Assembly: GCA_025677605.1 (NCBI GenBank) | Contig: GCA_025677605.1_4110.1 | Source: a phage | Length of the DNA stretch: 64,000 bases | Strand: one strand, 5' to 3' | In this document: positions 62,510 to 64,000 of the stretch, piece by piece | Numbering within the stretch: the first letter of the stretch is position 1 | Layout of the letters: the number at the start of each line of letters is the position of its first letter | Program-made: the position numbers and the translations under genes | The notes under the pieces: generated by a model | What the model saw: the letters and a program-made list of their open reading frames with translations, nothing else | The model's database searches: none | What the model was told of the DNA's origin: nothing

Positions 62510-62718
62510 AGTTTACTCCTGATGTATTTCTCAAGAGCTATTAGATACTCTTGGACATAAGATTTCTGGTGGTCAGTTCCTAAGAAGACACCCAGAAGTA
62601 ATTCTTTTTCCATAACTTTTGATAAGTATACATCATCCCTGTCTGCATATATCAGCAAGATTTCAATCTGCTTAGAATTGTAACGTTTCCTATATTGCTC
62701 TGGTGTTAATATAATCAT
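62506..62718 (-). CDS. family C (LGTNYQ) small protein
   Basis: VFLGTDHQKSYVQEYLIAL. Confidence 0.6.
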   Translation of the reverse strand: MIILTPEQYRKRYNSKQIEILLIYADRDDVYLSKVMEKELLLGVFLGTDHQKSYVQEYLIALEKYIRSKL

Positions 62719-62924
62719 AGTTTACTCTTTATATCTTCAATTAAAAATCCAATACAATCATTGACATACTCTTCCTGAAAGTTAGTCCCCAGTACAGCCA
62801 ACATGCGATACTCTGCTGACCTTATCGCTCTTTCAGTTTTTGGTAAGTTACGTGGTATAGTTACCATCAATTCAAGATACTCCACCATACGACTCAATGC
62901 TTGTCTTTGTGTTATAGTTTTCAT
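62715..62924 (-). CDS. family C (LGTNYQ) small protein
   Basis: AVLGTNFQEEYVNDCIGFL. Confidence 0.6.
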   Translation of the reverse strand: MKTITQRQALSRMVEYLELMVTIPRNLPKTERAIRSAEYRMLAVLGTNFQEEYVNDCIGFLIEDIKSKL

Positions 62925-63121
62925 AATTTACACCTCGCTCGTATGTCAGCTTTCAAAGATTCCAAATAGTGCGTTACCCACACTTCCTGATAGTTGGTTC
63001 CCATCGTAATCAACAGGTACAACTCAACTCTTTCTAAGTGCACATTGCTTTGGTAAATCCTTGCCGTGTTTTTACGTAGTATATGATGATATTCATCTTG
63101 GGTTAATGTACGCATTTTCAT
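62921..63121 (-). CDS. family C (LGTNYQ) small protein
   Basis: ITMGTNYQEVWVTHYLESL. Confidence 0.6.
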   Translation of the reverse strand: MKMRTLTQDEYHHILRKNTARIYQSNVHLERVELYLLITMGTNYQEVWVTHYLESLKADIRARCKL

Positions 63122-63315
63122 AGTTTACCATTTATCTCTAAACATAACTCTTTTACATATAGTTTAACATATTCATTTTGTAAGTTAGTTCCTAAGAATA
63201 GTTCCATAACTAATTCACGTTTATAGGCATTACCACGTTTATGAGACTTATACATTATCATAGCCATGTTATTGATAAGTCTTTCGTGATGCTCTTCTTG
63301 TGTTAAAATACGCAT
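63118..63315 (-). CDS. family C (LGTNYQ) small protein (first gene of the array)
   Basis: LFLGTNLQNEYVKLYVKEL. Confidence 0.6.
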   Translation of the reverse strand: MRILTQEEHHERLINNMAMIMYKSHKRGNAYKRELVMELFLGTNLQNEYVKLYVKELCLEINGKL

Positions 63316-63340
63316 AGGGCAAATTCCATAGGTTCATATA

Positions 63341-63375
63341 TGAAAAAACATCATACCCCATATGAGGCATGATGT
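63341..63375 (-). terminator. intrinsic terminator after 63382..63966
   Basis: Minus strand reads ACATCATGCCTC-ATAT-GGGGTATGATGT (12-bp stem including G.U pairs) followed by TTTTTTCAT. Confidence 0.75.
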
Positions 63376-63378
63376 CAA
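63350..63378 (-). promoter_or_regulatory. sigma70-type promoter TTGACA-N17-TATGAT at the head of the family C array
   Basis: Read on the minus strand. It is superimposed on the terminator hairpin (-35 at the 5' foot, -10 in the 3' arm) and lies about 35 nt upstream of the first family C ATG. Confidence 0.5.
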
Positions 63379-63381
63379 GTG

Positions 63382-63966
63382 TTAAAGCTTACCCATGTAA
63401 GTAAGTTCTTCCATAATAAATTTTAGTCCAGCTTCGTCGGTGAGTTCAGTACAGCCATCTTTGATTTTAACATGTTGCATATGATTAATTAAATTAGTAT
63501 ACTTCAACATATCCTCAAGGTCAGCAGCTTCAACTGAGTTTTCAAACAGTACAGCTATGATTTCTTCAGAATCGAACCTATTGTTATATTTGAATAGTTC
63601 ACGACGATTTGTTAAATTATGAGTAACTCCGTATTTGTAAACAACTTCACTATTGTGGATGAACTTATTGACATAGAAATAAGCTTCATGCGAACCATTG
63701 AATGTCTTACGCTTATAACAATCTGGGCAGTTTGTTATATTACCATTTTCAACTATATGACACATTTTTCGTTCAAAAATACAACCACATTTACATTCAA
63801 GATTGCATGTGTAATTACCATATACTCCATGTCTATTTGATTTACCTGACGGAATATACCCATTACATCTTATATCATTTCCCTGAAATTCTAGAATGCA
63901 ATTAGCAACGTAAACTATATCTTTATCAGTATATCGTATACGAGAAATATTATTAGCTTTCATCAA
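63382..63966 (-). CDS. T5orf172 / GIY-YIG-superfamily-like protein with N-terminal Cys-rich region
   Basis: EAYFYVNKFIHNSEVVYKYGVTHNLTNRRELF resembles the (Y)xYV....(Y)KxGxT.....R signature of T5orf172/MUG113-type GIY-YIG-like domains. Upstream are the Cys clusters CNLECKCGC and CPDC. Confidence 0.4.
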   Translation of the reverse strand: MMKANNISRIRYTDKDIVYVANCILEFQGNDIRCNGYIPSGKSNRHGVYGNYTCNLECKCGCIFERKMCHIVENGNITNCPDCYKRKTFNGSHEAYFYVNKFIHNSEVVYKYGVTHNLTNRRELFKYNNRFDSEEIIAVLFENSVEAADLEDMLKYTNLINHMQHVKIKDGCTELTDEAGLKFIMEELTYMGKL

Positions 63967-64000
63967 ATAATTAGCTGACCTTGTAAGTAAAACACCATTA

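Noticed and set aside
59600-63200. A regularly spaced conserved element of about 20 nt (cttgatagtttgttcctaag and variants) every 200-260 bp, which superficially resembles a CRISPR or iteron array.
   Set aside because: The element is the reverse complement of the codons for L-G-T-N-Y-Q-E in the family C genes. The spacers are the rest of those ORFs. The period is far longer than CRISPR repeat-spacer units. No cas genes are present.
29738-63315. A diversity-generating retroelement or other programmed hypermutation as the source of paralogue diversity.
   Set aside because: No reverse transcriptase gene is present in the window, and there is no template/variable repeat pair with adenine-specific differences. 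The divergence is spread over whole proteins, as expected for ordinary duplication and drift.
44-63905. All plus-strand ORFs in the track, for example 44-232, 4283-4618, 10013-10219, 29327-29710, 38246-38740, 50059-50415 and 63619-63905.
   Set aside because: Each lies antisense to a longer minus-strand ORF that has recognisable motifs or family membership. Their translations are low-complexity, hydrophobic or Ser/Leu-rich strings typical of antisense frames in AT-rich DNA. None has its own SD or promoter context. 44-232 is antisense to the dCMP deaminase gene.

Overview
Visibly AT-rich, almost gap-free segment. Every credible gene is on the minus strand, and many junctions are ATGA-type start/stop overlaps. 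It reads as part of a large T4-related lytic (jumbo-type) phage genome. By motif and remembered alignment I recognise homologues of T4 Cd (dCMP deaminase, truncated at the left edge), gp30-type ATP-dependent DNA ligase, PseT polynucleotide kinase/phosphatase and RnlA RNA ligase 1. I also recognise a complete ClpP-type serine protease, a calcineurin-like metallophosphoesterase, a lambda-PPase-like Ser/Thr phosphatase, an HxGH/ISSTxxR nucleotidyltransferase, a phage Dam-type N6-adenine methyltransferase, an AP2-domain endonuclease-like gene and a T5orf172/GIY-YIG-like gene.

About three quarters of the window is taken up by three lineage-specific multigene families that I cannot assign to any described family.
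- Family A: about 18-26 small proteins (85-115 aa), mostly at 8-22 kb. They have a helical N-terminus, a (K/H)(Y/F)(I/L)GK-like motif and a beta-rich C-terminus.
- Family B: about 48 tandem paralogues at 29.7-58.9 kb, plus 2 outliers at 16.8-18.1 kb. They share an acidic-(F/Y/L)-F-Q-x-S-(T/L)-(V/I/L) core, and many also have a C-terminal (F/Y)(Y/F)xDL motif.
- Family C: 25 proteins of about 70 aa with an LGTNYQE..V..YI..L core, 20 of them in one translationally coupled array (58.9-63.3 kb).

Families B and C are interleaved and are punctuated by near-consensus sigma70-type promoters, so early host-RNAP transcription is inferred. Embedded in the family-B array is a promoter-to-terminator cassette carrying a full methyl-accepting chemotaxis protein.

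Other notable signals are a roughly 640-nt ORF-free, locally GC-rich block (25.5-26.1 kb, candidate structured RNA), strong over-representation of the palindrome AGTACT / CAGTACTG in all reading frames, and a 45-aa basic ORF whose 3' end is inside a terminator hairpin. No tRNA, rRNA, CRISPR array or transposase was found. All homology statements come from reading the translations and from memory. No database search was possible.
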